From the NCBI GenBank assembly GCA_037481815.1, contig JBBFKX010000003.1:192001-256000 (forward strand): 64,000 bases of DNA. The letters run 5' to 3'. The position numbers and the translations under genes are program-made. Shown piece after piece: positions 1 to 9,850 of the stretch. The first letter of the stretch is position 1. The number at the start of each line of letters is the position of its first letter. The stretch is from a candidate division WOR-3 bacterium. Its GTDB lineage: Bacteria > Hydrothermota > 32-111. A model generated the notes under the pieces. It did not search any database. It had not been told where the DNA came from and saw nothing but the letters and a program-made list of their open reading frames with translations.

Positions 1-251
1 TTAAAACTTCTTTCAACAGTTAAAACTTTTATTTCATCATTATCTATATTCCTCAATGTTCCTAAAAAGTTTTCAAAATTACCCTCTAGAAAATAATTTC
101 TTGCAATCTTACAGTAGGTTTCATCATCAAACTCTTTAAAATTTCTTTTTTCGAGTGCTTTTTCAATAAAAAGTTGATTATATCTCTGAGAAGAATGAAT
201 AAATATAAAAGAAAAAAGAATAAAAACTTTAAAAAATAAAATTTTCTTCAT
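1..251 (-). CDS. Hypothetical secreted protein, 5' portion (runs off the window edge)
   Basis: Hand translation from ATG 251: MKKILFFKVFILFSFIFIHSSQRYNQLFIEKALEKRNFKEF..., open to position 1. It has a signal-peptide-like N-terminus and a sigma70-like promoter just upstream. Not in the ORF track. Confidence 0.7.
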   Translation of the reverse strand, partial: MKKILFFKVFILFSFIFIHSSQRYNQLFIEKALEKRNFKEFDDETYCKIARNYFLEGNFENFLGTLRNIDNDEIKVLTVERSF

Positions 252-258
252 AAAGCGT

Positions 259-286
259 ATTTTACCTATTTACTATTTTTTTTCAA
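259..286 (-). promoter_or_regulatory. sigma70-like promoter TTGAAA-16-TAAAAT, 7 nt before ATG 251
   Basis: tttcaa at 281-286 and atttta at 259-264 on the + strand. Confidence 0.55.
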
Positions 287-296
287 CACATATAAT
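269..296 (+). promoter_or_regulatory. sigma70-like promoter TTTACT-16-TATAAT, 7 nt before ATG 304
   Basis: Perfect TATAAT at 291-296; no SD before ATG 304. Confidence 0.55.
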
Positions 297-303
297 ATCA
301 ATA

Positions 304-1410
304 ATGAAAATTGGAATAGTACATGACTATTTGAACCAGTATGGTGGTGCTGAAAGGGTTTTAGAGGTCTTACTTGAGGTATTTCCGGAATCAACAGTTT
401 TCACTTTAATCTATGACAAAAATAGAGTATCACCTGTTCTTTCAAGACATAAAATAAAAAAGTCATTTTTAAACAAATTTCCTTTTTCAAAATTCTATTA
501 TGAATATCTTTTACCCTTTTATCCAGCAGCGATTGAATCTTTTGATACAAGAGATTTCGATATCATAATCTCAAACTCCTCTGCTTGGGCAAAAGGTGTT
601 ATAACAAATACAAAAACACTTCATGTAACCTATTGTCTCAATCCTATGAGATTTGTATGGGAATCATTTTTCCCCTTAGTTAACAAGAGAGGAGTTGTGA
701 GTAAAGGGCTTAAACTGATTTTAAGTCAAATAAGATTATGGGATGAAGTTTCATCAAAAAGACCAGATTTTTATATAACGATCTCTAAAACTGTCCAGAA
801 AAGATTAAAAAAATATTATGATATAGAATCTCCTATAATTTATCCGCCTGTAAACACCGATTATTTCGTTCCAGATATCAACAAAAGACAGGAGGAATTC
901 TTTTTGATAGTTTCCCGCTTGAAACCTTATAAATCTATTGAACTTGCGATAAAGGCATTCAATATATTGAAAAGACCTCTGGTGATAATCGGAGAAGGAA
1001 CACATTACAACTATTTAAAATCGATTTCTGAAAAGAACATTCAATTTTTAAATTATGTTGATGACAGAAAGTTGCTTTCTTATTATCAAAGATGTAGAGC
1101 ACTTGTGTTTCCTCAGGTTGAAGATTTCGGAATAGTGTCTCTTGAAGCACAGGCGTGTGGCAAACCTGTTATCGCTTTGAAAATGGGGGGAGCTGTTGAA
1201 ACCATTGTTGAAAACAAGACAGGCGTTTTCTTTGAGAAACAGAATGTTGATTCTCTTATCGATGCTGTCAACAGATTTGACAGGATGACCTTTTCAGTGG
1301 AGGATTGTAGAAACAACTCGTTGAGATTTTCAAAAGAAAGATTTAAAAAGGAGTTTAAAGATAAAGTGTTTGAATACTATGAAATATACAAAAGGGAGAT
1401 GGAGATATGA
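304..1410 (+). CDS. Glycosyltransferase family 4 (GT-B fold)
   Basis: HDYLNQYGGAERVL N-terminus; EDFGIVSLEAQACGKPVI (ExxxxxxxE GT4 motif). Confidence 0.92.
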   Translation: MKIGIVHDYLNQYGGAERVLEVLLEVFPESTVFTLIYDKNRVSPVLSRHKIKKSFLNKFPFSKFYYEYLLPFYPAAIESFDTRDFDIIISNSSAWAKGVITNTKTLHVTYCLNPMRFVWESFFPLVNKRGVVSKGLKLILSQIRLWDEVSSKRPDFYITISKTVQKRLKKYYDIESPIIYPPVNTDYFVPDINKRQEEFFLIVSRLKPYKSIELAIKAFNILKRPLVIIGEGTHYNYLKSISEKNIQFLNYVDDRKLLSYYQRCRALVFPQVEDFGIVSLEAQACGKPVIALKMGGAVETIVENKTGVFFEKQNVDSLIDAVNRFDRMTFSVEDCRNNSLRFSKERFKKEFKDKVFEYYEIYKREMEI

Positions 1411-2282
1411 ATCTTTTTCCACTTTCTTTAACGATGGATAAAGAGGATATAAAAATTTTGGGAATGAGTATGAATGAAATCAACAGTTTTTCGAGAATAG
1501 AAAACAGTTTTGACCTTGTAAAAAATCTTGAAAAAATTTTAAGTAAATTTTTTGAAAATATAACCTTATCTCAGAATTTAATTCCACAGAATCTATTTAT
1601 AATCGGAGAAAAAAACAAACTCCATTTAGGTAAAAATATAAAGGTTGAAGGACTAACGATAATCAATCTTACAAAAGGAGAAGTTTTTATTTCCGATAAT
1701 ACAGTGTTAAAAAATTTCAATTCTATAGAAGGACCTGTTTTCATAGGTGAAGGGAATCTTTTAGATTCTGCAACGATAAGAGGACCATTCGTTTCTGGAA
1801 AGGTGTGCAAACTGTCTGGAGAGATTGAAGAATCGATCTTTTTTGATTATGTCAACAAACATCATTATGGGTTCATAGGACATTCGATAATTTGCAGTTG
1901 GGTAAACCTTGGTGCTGGGACAACGAATTCAGATCTCAAGAATAACTATTCCACTGTAAGAATTTTTAATGGCGAGAATTTCGTTGATAGTGGGATGCAA
2001 AAATTGGGATGTATCATAGGAGAACACACAAAAACAGCCATAGGAACAATGATAAACACGGGAACAGTTATAGGACCTTTTTCAAACATCTTCCTCGATA
2101 TAAAAAACAAAAAGTATATAAAACCTTTTTCATGGGGAGACGATTCCAATATCTATGATATTGAAAAATTGATAACTGACATAAAAAAAGTTATGGCAAG
2201 AAGGAACGAAACTCCCTCCGAAAATTATGTAGAAAGGGTAAAAAATCTATATACGATCTATTCTTCGGGTCTATCGTCTTGA
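1407..2282 (+). CDS. GlmU-related left-handed beta-helix acetyltransferase (alternative/archaeal-type GlmU C-terminal domain)
   Basis: Hexapeptide repeats; GEIEESI, NKHHYGFIGHS, VNLGAGTTNSDLKNNY and KLGCIIGEHTKTAIG motifs. No LAAG.GxR nucleotidyltransferase motif. Confidence 0.75.
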   Translation: MNLFPLSLTMDKEDIKILGMSMNEINSFSRIENSFDLVKNLEKILSKFFENITLSQNLIPQNLFIIGEKNKLHLGKNIKVEGLTIINLTKGEVFISDNTVLKNFNSIEGPVFIGEGNLLDSATIRGPFVSGKVCKLSGEIEESIFFDYVNKHHYGFIGHSIICSWVNLGAGTTNSDLKNNYSTVRIFNGENFVDSGMQKLGCIIGEHTKTAIGTMINTGTVIGPFSNIFLDIKNKKYIKPFSWGDDSNIYDIEKLITDIKKVMARRNETPSENYVERVKNLYTIYSSGLSS

Positions 2283-4462
2283 GAGTCATTTTCGTCAATT
2301 GCCTGAGTATGATTACATTTAATACATTTATATTTATCTTTTATCCTAACCATCCCTTCAAAACCACATTTCATACATTTTATCCTTTCAGGTTTTGACC
2401 AGAGAACAAAATCACATTTGGGATAGTTTGAACAACCGTAAAAAACCTTTCCTTTTGAACTTTTCCTTTGAACGATATCCCCATCATCCTTTGGACATTT
2501 GATTCCAAGAGAATAATTCTTGGTAAATTTACATTTCGGATAATCTGAACAGGAAATAAACTTTCCATATTTTCCATTTTTCACAACGAGTTCTTTTCCA
2601 CATATTGGACATTTTTCATCAAGTTTTTCTTCTTCTTCAACTATCGGTTTTGCATTCGAACATTTTGGATAGTTAGTACATGATAAAAATTTTCCATATC
2701 TTCCCCATCTGATGACCATTGGTGAACCACATTTTTCGCACAGTTGATCGGTTTTCTGCTGAACACTCTTTGAAACCTCTTTACTGTTTCCATTAGCATT
2801 TTTTAAATCCTTCTCAAGTTGAGAATAAAAATCTTTTAAAACTTCTTTTCTCAAAAATTTCCCTTCAACAATCTGATCAAGTTTTTCTTCCATTTTCGCC
2901 GTAAAACCAGCATCAAAAATGTCAGGAAACCATCTTATTAAAAGATTGTTCACGGTTTCACCAAGTTCCGTGGGTTTAAAAAATCTCTTTTCTCTTAAAA
3001 CATATTCCCTTTTCAAAAGAATATCGATAATTGAGGCATAGGTTGAAGGTCTTCCAATACCTTTCTGTTCAAGCGCTTTTACAAGGGTGGCATCTGTATA
3101 TCTTGATGGTGGCTGTGTTTCCTCTTTTTTTATCTGTGATTCTTCAAGTTTTACATCATCGTTCCTGGCAACTTCAGGTATATCATTTTTCAGGTTTCTG
3201 AAATCACCGTAAGGATAAATTTTTAAAAAGCCATCGAATTTCAATCTGTTCCCTACACCTCTAAAGTAAAATTTTCCACCTTCTATATCAACGGTCGTAT
3301 AAGTGTAGATTCCATTCTTCATCTGTGTCGCAACACTTCTTTTCCATATAAGAGAATAAAGTTTATACTGATCCTTTGAAAGGTATTTTTCAACTTTTTC
3401 GGGTGTGAGTTCGACATCTGTAACTCTTATCGCCTCGTGGGCGTCCTGCGATGATTTTGAACTTTCATATATGTTTATCTTTTCAGAAAGATAATCTTTT
3501 GATATGTTTTTTTCTATGTAATCCCTTATCATCTTTATCCCATCTTCACTCATCCTTGTGGAATCGGTTCTCATATAGGTTATCAGACCTGTCATCGTAT
3601 TCTCAATCTTAACCCCCTCATAGAGTTGTTGGGCTATACTCATCGTTTTTTTTGCAGGGAAACCCAAAATGTTTGCTGCTGCCTGTTGGAGAGTACTTGT
3701 GATAAATGGAGGATAAGGTTTTATAGATTTATCGTCAAAAGAAACATTTTTTATAATGAACTTTTCCTGTTTTAAAAGATCTACAATCCCTTTTGCTTTT
3801 GTTTCCTCTTCAAAAACCGCTTTGTCATTATTGTACTTTATAAGATCAGCGAAAAACGAACCATTTTTATGTTTAAATTTTCCCTTTATTTTAAAAGTTA
3901 CTTTACTTTTAAAATTCCTTATTTTCTCTTCCTTTTCACAAATAAACCTCAACGCAACTGACTGAACTCTTCCTGCTGAAAGACCTTTTTTTATAACCTT
4001 CCATAAAAACGGACTAATGAGATAGCCAACCAGACGGTCAAGAATTCTTCTCGCGTACTGCGATTCGACAAGATTCATGTTTATATCTTTCGGATTTTCA
4101 AGACCCTCTTTTATTCCTTTTTTCGTTATCTCATAGAATAGAACCCTTTTTGCTTTCGATTTTATCTGATCATCCATTATTGAAACTATATGAAATGCTA
4201 TTGCCTCTCCTTCTCTATCAGGATCAGTTGCAATAAAGATCTTTTCGCTTTTCAAACTCTCTTCTTTTATCTGTGAAATTATTTTTGTCTTATTTTGAAT
4301 CAATCGAAAATCAGGTTCAAAATCTTTTTCTATGTTTATTCCGAGAACCTTTTCAGGTAAATCGATTATGTGCCCTTTTGACGATAACACTTTAAAATCT
4401 TTCCCAGCATAATTTTCTATCGTCTTCGCTTTTGTTGGTGATTCAACAATGATAAGTTTCAA
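2258..4462 (-). CDS. topA: DNA topoisomerase I
   Basis: LIIVESPTKAKTI, ATDPDREGEAIA, SAGRVQS, LITYMRTDS (catalytic Tyr) and C-terminal C4 zinc ribbons. TTG start. Confidence 0.98.
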   Translation of the reverse strand: MKLIIVESPTKAKTIENYAGKDFKVLSSKGHIIDLPEKVLGINIEKDFEPDFRLIQNKTKIISQIKEESLKSEKIFIATDPDREGEAIAFHIVSIMDDQIKSKAKRVLFYEITKKGIKEGLENPKDINMNLVESQYARRILDRLVGYLISPFLWKVIKKGLSAGRVQSVALRFICEKEEKIRNFKSKVTFKIKGKFKHKNGSFFADLIKYNNDKAVFEEETKAKGIVDLLKQEKFIIKNVSFDDKSIKPYPPFITSTLQQAAANILGFPAKKTMSIAQQLYEGVKIENTMTGLITYMRTDSTRMSEDGIKMIRDYIEKNISKDYLSEKINIYESSKSSQDAHEAIRVTDVELTPEKVEKYLSKDQYKLYSLIWKRSVATQMKNGIYTYTTVDIEGGKFYFRGVGNRLKFDGFLKIYPYGDFRNLKNDIPEVARNDDVKLEESQIKKEETQPPSRYTDATLVKALEQKGIGRPSTYASIIDILLKREYVLREKRFFKPTELGETVNNLLIRWFPDIFDAGFTAKMEEKLDQIVEGKFLRKEVLKDFYSQLEKDLKNANGNSKEVSKSVQQKTDQLCEKCGSPMVIRWGRYGKFLSCTNYPKCSNAKPIVEEEEKLDEKCPICGKELVVKNGKYGKFISCSDYPKCKFTKNYSLGIKCPKDDGDIVQRKSSKGKVFYGCSNYPKCDFVLWSKPERIKCMKCGFEGMVRIKDKYKCIKCNHTQAIDENDSQDDRPEE

Positions 4463-5439
4463 TTACTCTCCTTGTCTAAATTCCAGAGATAATTCAAAAC
4501 ATCCAAAAAATCCTCTGGTAAAGGTGAATAGAACGACACAGTTCTACCATCTGAAGGATGTCTGAATGTCAATGATACTGAGTGTAGCGCCTGTCTATCA
4601 ATAAGTCCGTTAATATTATCAAAATGTTTTTTCAAGTCAACAGGGAGATTTTTTAATGCTAGATGAATATTTTTTTTGTATTCCTGATCACCAACCACAG
4701 GATGTTCTATATGATGCATGTGGACTCTTATCTGATGTGTTCTTCCAGTTTGGAGGTTGACTTTCAGAAGAGAACATATTTTAAAATTTTTTAAAACCCT
4801 GTAAACAGTTATCGCTTCTTTACTGTTAACATCGGTTACAGTCATAAGTTTTCTATCAACATTACTCCTTCCTATCGGAGCATTTATCTCTCCAACCTTT
4901 CTTGTAAAACTTCCCCACACCAGAGCAAGATAGGTTCTTTTAACTCTCCTTCTTTCTATCTCGTTAGCAAGATACTGATGTGCTCTTTCATTTTTTGCAA
5001 AAACCATCACACCACTTGTATCCTTATCAAGTCGATGGACAACACCAGGTCTCTGTTCATCTCCTCCCGATAATTTTGTATGGTGGAGTAAAGCGTTCAC
5101 AATCGTCCCTTCCCTGTTTCCCTTTGCCGGGTGAACAACCATTCCTTTTTCTTTATCTATAACTATAATATCATCATCCTCATACAGGATCTTTAAAGGT
5201 ATATCTTCGGGTTGAAGATCTGTTTTTACGAGTATCTCGTATTCCACAAGTATATGATCTCCCTTTTTAACTTTATAAGACGGTTTTTCAATCTTTCCGT
5301 TAACTAACACCTTACCATCTTCTATAAGTTTTATTATCCTCGTTCTTGATAATCTGACTCCAAGAGATTTTAAAAAAACATCCAATCTTGATGATGGGTT
5401 TTCACTCTTTACATTATGTTCTATTCTAAATTTTGCCAT
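4459..5439 (-). CDS. rluD: RluA/RluD-family 23S rRNA pseudouridine synthase
   Basis: N-terminal S4 domain, GMVVHPA, RPGVVHRLDKDTSG, LQTGRTHQIRVH, RQALH. Confidence 0.9.
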   Translation of the reverse strand: MAKFRIEHNVKSENPSSRLDVFLKSLGVRLSRTRIIKLIEDGKVLVNGKIEKPSYKVKKGDHILVEYEILVKTDLQPEDIPLKILYEDDDIIVIDKEKGMVVHPAKGNREGTIVNALLHHTKLSGGDEQRPGVVHRLDKDTSGVMVFAKNERAHQYLANEIERRRVKRTYLALVWGSFTRKVGEINAPIGRSNVDRKLMTVTDVNSKEAITVYRVLKNFKICSLLKVNLQTGRTHQIRVHMHHIEHPVVGDQEYKKNIHLALKNLPVDLKKHFDNINGLIDRQALHSVSLTFRHPSDGRTVSFYSPLPEDFLDVLNYLWNLDKESN

Positions 5440-6115
5440 ATTTAACTTTTTTCTTAGAAAAATCGATAATTTTCAATATTTCCTTTTTTGCCTTTTCAAA
5501 AATTTTATCAAAATCCTCTTTTGAGATATTATCCCTTTCTGAAGTTCCCTGTATTTCAACTATTTTTCCCTGATCATCGAGAACGAAATTGAAATCTGAG
5601 GAAGATTTTGAATCATTTTCGTAATCAAGATCTATCACAATCTTTTGATCAACGATCCCACCACTTATCGCTCCAATGTAAGTTTTAAATGGATTTTCAG
5701 TAATAACTCCTTCTTTTAAAAGATTAGCAACCAGTACATACAAAACAGCCATTCCACCATTTATCGAAGCACATCTTGTTCCACCATCTGCAACGATAAC
5801 ATCACAATCAACTATTATTGAAACATTTTTCATTTTACAAAGATCAACAGAAGCTCTCAAAGATCTACCGATCAAACGCTGTATTTCCGTTGACCTACTG
5901 TTGATCTTTCCCCTTTCTCTCTCTATCCTGTTTGTAGACGATCTCGGTAACATAGCGTATTCAGCTGTTATCCAACCACTCTCATCTGGGTTTATGAAAG
6001 GTGGTAATTTTCTTTGAAGGGTCGCAACACACAACACCTGTGTATTCCCCATAGAAACAAGGCAACTCGCTTTTTCATTTTTCAAATAGTTCATCTTTAA
6101 AGAATATTCTCTCAA
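5426..6115 (-). CDS. rph: Ribonuclease PH
   Basis: GWITAEYAMLP, RSTEIQRLIGRSLRA, DCDVIVADGGTRCASING, EIQGT. Probable start is TTG at 6115, after GGAGGA (6119-6124); the ORF track extends to 6139. Confidence 0.93.
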   Translation of the reverse strand: MREYSLKMNYLKNEKASCLVSMGNTQVLCVATLQRKLPPFINPDESGWITAEYAMLPRSSTNRIERERGKINSRSTEIQRLIGRSLRASVDLCKMKNVSIIVDCDVIVADGGTRCASINGGMAVLYVLVANLLKEGVITENPFKTYIGAISGGIVDQKIVIDLDYENDSKSSSDFNFVLDDQGKIVEIQGTSERDNISKEDFDKIFEKAKKEILKIIDFSKKKVKYGKI

Positions 6116-6123
6116 AATTCCTC

Positions 6124-7431
6124 CTATTTCCCGATACAAAAATTCGAAAAGATTCTGTCAAGGATTTCATCATCGGTTATTTTCCCAAGCAACATATCGC
6201 ATCGTTCTATTATATTTTTTAAATGAAAATCTATTATTTCCGGTTCATGTTTCAAATTCAAACTTTCGAGTTTTTCCATTTCATCAAACATCTTTTCAAC
6301 CACATTGAACTGATGTTGCGAAACTATTATCGTTTCATCAGAAAAATTGATTTTTTTAAAAATCTCTTCATTCAGAATGTTTAAATTCTCTCCTGTCAAA
6401 GCCGAGATTTTTATTCCCTTATACTGAGGAGAGTTCGACAGATCACATTTGTTTCCAACGATTAACGGATCTTTATGTTCTATCATCTGAAGAATCTTTT
6501 TGTCCTCCTCCAACATGCCTTTTGTTAAATCGTAAACGAAAATAACCACATCGGATGCTTCGATTTTTTGAAACAGGAGTTCTATCCCCCTTTTTTCGAT
6601 CGGATCATCTGTATCCCTTATACCACAACCATCTGTTAAATTAACAGGTATTCCTTTTACATCTATCCATTCCGATATAAAATCTCTCGTTGTGCCTTCA
6701 AACTCTGATACTATCGCTCTTTCCTCTTTCAGCAACCTGTTGAAAAGTGTTGATTTCCCCGTATTACTCCTTCCAACAAGAACAACTCTGATTCCTTTAT
6801 CCATTATCCTTCCACTTGAAATCGATCTTTTTAAACTTTCAAGTTCAGATTTAACCTTTTTAAACTCTTTTTTAAAATTATCAAACGACCAATCAACATC
6901 GTCTGGAAAATCGATAGCACTTTGAACATAAGTTTTCAAAGATAAAAAAGCCTCTTTTATATTTTTGATTTTTTGAGAGAATTCTCCCATCTCATTTTTC
7001 AACGATAAAAAAAGTGATCTTTCAGTTTTAGAATTTATTATCTGCAGTATCGACTCGGCCTGAACAAGATCGATCTTTCCGTTCAAAAACGCTCTCTTTG
7101 TAAACTCTCCCCTTTCAGCTTCTCGAAGATTTAAAGATTTCAACAGTTTTAAAAATGTTTCAACAACAGCGAATCCACCATGTAAGGAGATTTCAGCCAT
7201 ATCTTCGCCTGTATAACTGTTTGGAGAAAAAAAAGTTGTTATGACAGAATGATCATACACTTTTCCTTCGTATTTTATATAATCAACATAAACTTTATGA
7301 TGGGCGAACTTTTCTATTGAAGTTATCTTTTTTAATATTTCAAAGGTCTCAGAACCAGAAATTCTGACAACTGTTATAGCAGAATTACCAACAAGAGTTA
7401 TCGGTGCAAATATTGTATCATTTTTTACCAT
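6124..7431 (-). CDS. mnmE: tRNA modification GTPase MnmE/TrmE
   Basis: SYTGEDMAEISLHGG, GEFTKRAFLNGKIDL, G1 GRSNTGKST, GTTRD, NKCD and C-terminal FCIGK. Confidence 0.97.
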   Translation of the reverse strand: MVKNDTIFAPITLVGNSAITVVRISGSETFEILKKITSIEKFAHHKVYVDYIKYEGKVYDHSVITTFFSPNSYTGEDMAEISLHGGFAVVETFLKLLKSLNLREAERGEFTKRAFLNGKIDLVQAESILQIINSKTERSLFLSLKNEMGEFSQKIKNIKEAFLSLKTYVQSAIDFPDDVDWSFDNFKKEFKKVKSELESLKRSISSGRIMDKGIRVVLVGRSNTGKSTLFNRLLKEERAIVSEFEGTTRDFISEWIDVKGIPVNLTDGCGIRDTDDPIEKRGIELLFQKIEASDVVIFVYDLTKGMLEEDKKILQMIEHKDPLIVGNKCDLSNSPQYKGIKISALTGENLNILNEEIFKKINFSDETIIVSQHQFNVVEKMFDEMEKLESLNLKHEPEIIDFHLKNIIERCDMLLGKITDDEILDRIFSNFCIGK

Positions 7432-8080
7432 TTTTCAGGAATCTGTTTCTCCTTTTCTGTTTAACATAACCTTTGATATCAAGGTAAACTGGCCTCGTGA
7501 ATTTTTCTTTTATCAACATTTTGTTCAAAAGATGTTGTAAAGCATCTATAGTTTTTCCATTTTTTCCAATCAAAAGATTGGCATCGGGGGTATCCTTTAT
7601 AATGATTCGATACTTGTTGTTCAAACAACTTATCTCAGGTTCAACAGAAAAGCCCATCAGTTCGGTTAATCTCTTGAATTTTTCCTCTATGATTTTTATC
7701 TGTGATAATTCTTTCGTTGATCCATTAACATTTTCTTTAAGATTTTCATTTTTTTCTTTTATTTCTTCTTCAGAAACTCCATTGTTCTTTTCGGTTGAAA
7801 CTTTTTCAAGAATTTCGTTTATGTTTATTTTTTCTTTTTTCTGTTCCTCAACCTTTTCTTCTTTCTTGAGAAGTTCTTCAGGTATCCGCCCATTCAAAAG
7901 GTGTAATCTAACAACCGCTTTCTTTTTGCCGAACTTTAAAAAACCATTCTGAGGTTCATTGATTATTTCAACATCAACATTATCGATCGTTGTTTTTAAA
8001 AGTTCAACTCCTTTTTCTATCGCTTTTTCAACCGTTTCATCCTCAACATCAATATATTTTTTTTCTTTATCCATAATCAT
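7418..8080 (-). CDS. jag: Jag/EloR-family RNA-binding protein (Jag_N + KH; no R3H)
   Basis: TVEKAIEKGVELL...EIINEP.NGFL.FGKK.A (Jag_N); LLIGKNGKTIDALQHL (KH GxxG); position between yidC and mnmE. Confidence 0.85.
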   Translation of the reverse strand: MIMDKEKKYIDVEDETVEKAIEKGVELLKTTIDNVDVEIINEPQNGFLKFGKKKAVVRLHLLNGRIPEELLKKEEKVEEQKKEKININEILEKVSTEKNNGVSEEEIKEKNENLKENVNGSTKELSQIKIIEEKFKRLTELMGFSVEPEISCLNNKYRIIIKDTPDANLLIGKNGKTIDALQHLLNKMLIKEKFTRPVYLDIKGYVKQKRRNRFLKNGKK

Positions 8081-9630
8081 TCTCCCATCTGTTTCTTTAT
8101 ACTGTTTTTTATTAAGATCTGTTGTCCAACAGACAAAATATTATAAATAAACCAGTAAAGGTTTATTCCTGAAGGCATATTTAAAAATAAGATTGTGATC
8201 ATTACAGGCATTATGTAAACAAGCATTTTTTGTGATTCATCTGTTGCTGTTGAAGAAATCTTCTGGGAAACGAACATCGTTATACCTGTTAAAATTGGAA
8301 GCACATAGAAAGGATCCTTATATGAAAGATCTTTTATCCAGAAGGCAAAAGGTGCCTGTCTCAATTCAATCGTTGTTCTTAATATAGCGTAAAGAGCGAA
8401 AAAGATAGGCATCTGTATCAAAAGAGGTAAACATCCCATAAAAGGATTTATTCCAGATTTTTTATAGAGATTCATCGTTTCGGTATTGAGTTTTTGTGGA
8501 TCTTTAGCATACTTTTTCTTCAACTCTTCAAGTTGTGGTTGAATCATCTGCATCTTTCTCATCGATGAAAAAGAAGTAAAAGTCAAAGGTGAAAAGATTA
8601 TTATCAAAATTATAGAAAGCAGTATGATTATCACTCCATAATTTGGAATGAATCCATACATGAATATTAAAAAAGAAAGTATCAATTTGCTTATTGGTTG
8701 TATCCAAGACCACCCAAAATCGGGAAGTTTGTCCATTCCATTCTTTAATTGCTTTAAAATTCTGTAATCTATTGGTCCAACATAAAAATCAACTGAATCT
8801 GAGAGGATCGAGAACTGAGTTTCCAGTTTCTTATCTTCAAGTTTTTTTACCTGTATGTTATCACCTTTTCCAATAATTCCAGCAAAGAAATATTTTGTCT
8901 GAACTCCCATCCAATCATAATTGCCTGAATAGTTTGAGATGTTTTTAACACTTTTTTCCTTTATCCTGTAAATGTTATTGAAACTATGATAACTCACTCC
9001 ATAGTACTGCAACTCATCAGATATATTGTCTTCAGTAAAAGAAATACCTTTTTCGAAAATGTATTCCTTTTTATCAAGTGGTATATTTGAACTTATCTTT
9101 TGTGTTATAAGATAACTTCCCTTTTTAAAAATAAAAGTTCTCGTTATCCTTATAGTATCAAAAAATCCCACAAGAACCAGTGAGTCAACTTCATTTTTTA
9201 ACGGGTTTATATCACCTGTATAGACAGGAAAAAAATTGATGTTCGAAAAATCCAGAATAAGATTGTTAGATTTTATAATAAGTTTAAAAAGTTTTTGACC
9301 ATCGTTTAAAAGTTCAAGAGAATCGCCTTTTCTCGTCTTATAATTTTTTAAAATTAGAGATGAAAAAGAACCTGATAAAGACGAGATTTTTCCCTTCAAA
9401 AGATCTGTTTCAAAATAAAGCAGAGTTGTATCTTTTGGTAAGATATAATTTTCTGGAGATCTCTGCTGCAAGGTTTCTATCTTTTTTGAGGTTGTGTCAA
9501 CTCTGTCAACACTCAAACTATCATTTGTTGTGCTCTGAACAACAGATGTTTTTGGTGTCATATAAGAATAATAAGCAAAGATTAAAATTATCAACAAAAA
9601 CATGATGAGCATTTTCGTTGAATTGTTCAT
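8077..9630 (-). CDS. yidC: Membrane protein insertase YidC
   Basis: Large periplasmic domain, YVGP, DFGW, SMRKMQMIQPQ, GINPFMGCLPLLIQMPIFFALY. Likely start is ATG 9630 with GGAG upstream. Confidence 0.96.
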   Translation of the reverse strand: MNNSTKMLIMFLLIILIFAYYSYMTPKTSVVQSTTNDSLSVDRVDTTSKKIETLQQRSPENYILPKDTTLLYFETDLLKGKISSLSGSFSSLILKNYKTRKGDSLELLNDGQKLFKLIIKSNNLILDFSNINFFPVYTGDINPLKNEVDSLVLVGFFDTIRITRTFIFKKGSYLITQKISSNIPLDKKEYIFEKGISFTEDNISDELQYYGVSYHSFNNIYRIKEKSVKNISNYSGNYDWMGVQTKYFFAGIIGKGDNIQVKKLEDKKLETQFSILSDSVDFYVGPIDYRILKQLKNGMDKLPDFGWSWIQPISKLILSFLIFMYGFIPNYGVIIILLSIILIIIFSPLTFTSFSSMRKMQMIQPQLEELKKKYAKDPQKLNTETMNLYKKSGINPFMGCLPLLIQMPIFFALYAILRTTIELRQAPFAFWIKDLSYKDPFYVLPILTGITMFVSQKISSTATDESQKMLVYIMPVMITILFLNMPSGINLYWFIYNILSVGQQILIKNSIKKQMGE

Positions 9631-9640
9631 AAATAAACTC

Positions 9641-9850
9641 CTATTCGAGCGGATCGTATCCACCCTTTGAAAATGGGTTACATCTTAAAATTCTTTTGAT
9701 AGTCAAAAAAGATGCTTTGAAAAAATTATATTTTTGGTATGCCTGTAAGGAATATTCCGAACAGGTTGGAGTAAAACGACAGGTTGGAGGAAACATTGGT
9801 GAAACATATTTTTTATATACCTTAATAAAATAGATGAAGATTCTATTCAT
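9641..9850 (-). CDS. yidD: Membrane protein insertion efficiency factor YidD
   Basis: CRFTPTCSEY...RILRCNPFSKGGYDP. Confidence 0.96.
   Translation of the reverse strand: MNRIFIYFIKVYKKYVSPMFPPTCRFTPTCSEYSLQAYQKYNFFKASFLTIKRILRCNPFSKGGYDPLE

Noticed and set aside
8194..8221. dif-like sequence TGTGATCATTA-CAGGCA-TTATGTAAACA
   Set aside because: It lies inside the yidC coding sequence, the central hexamer is not the AT-rich dif type, and the left arm has CATTA rather than CATAA. Probably chance.
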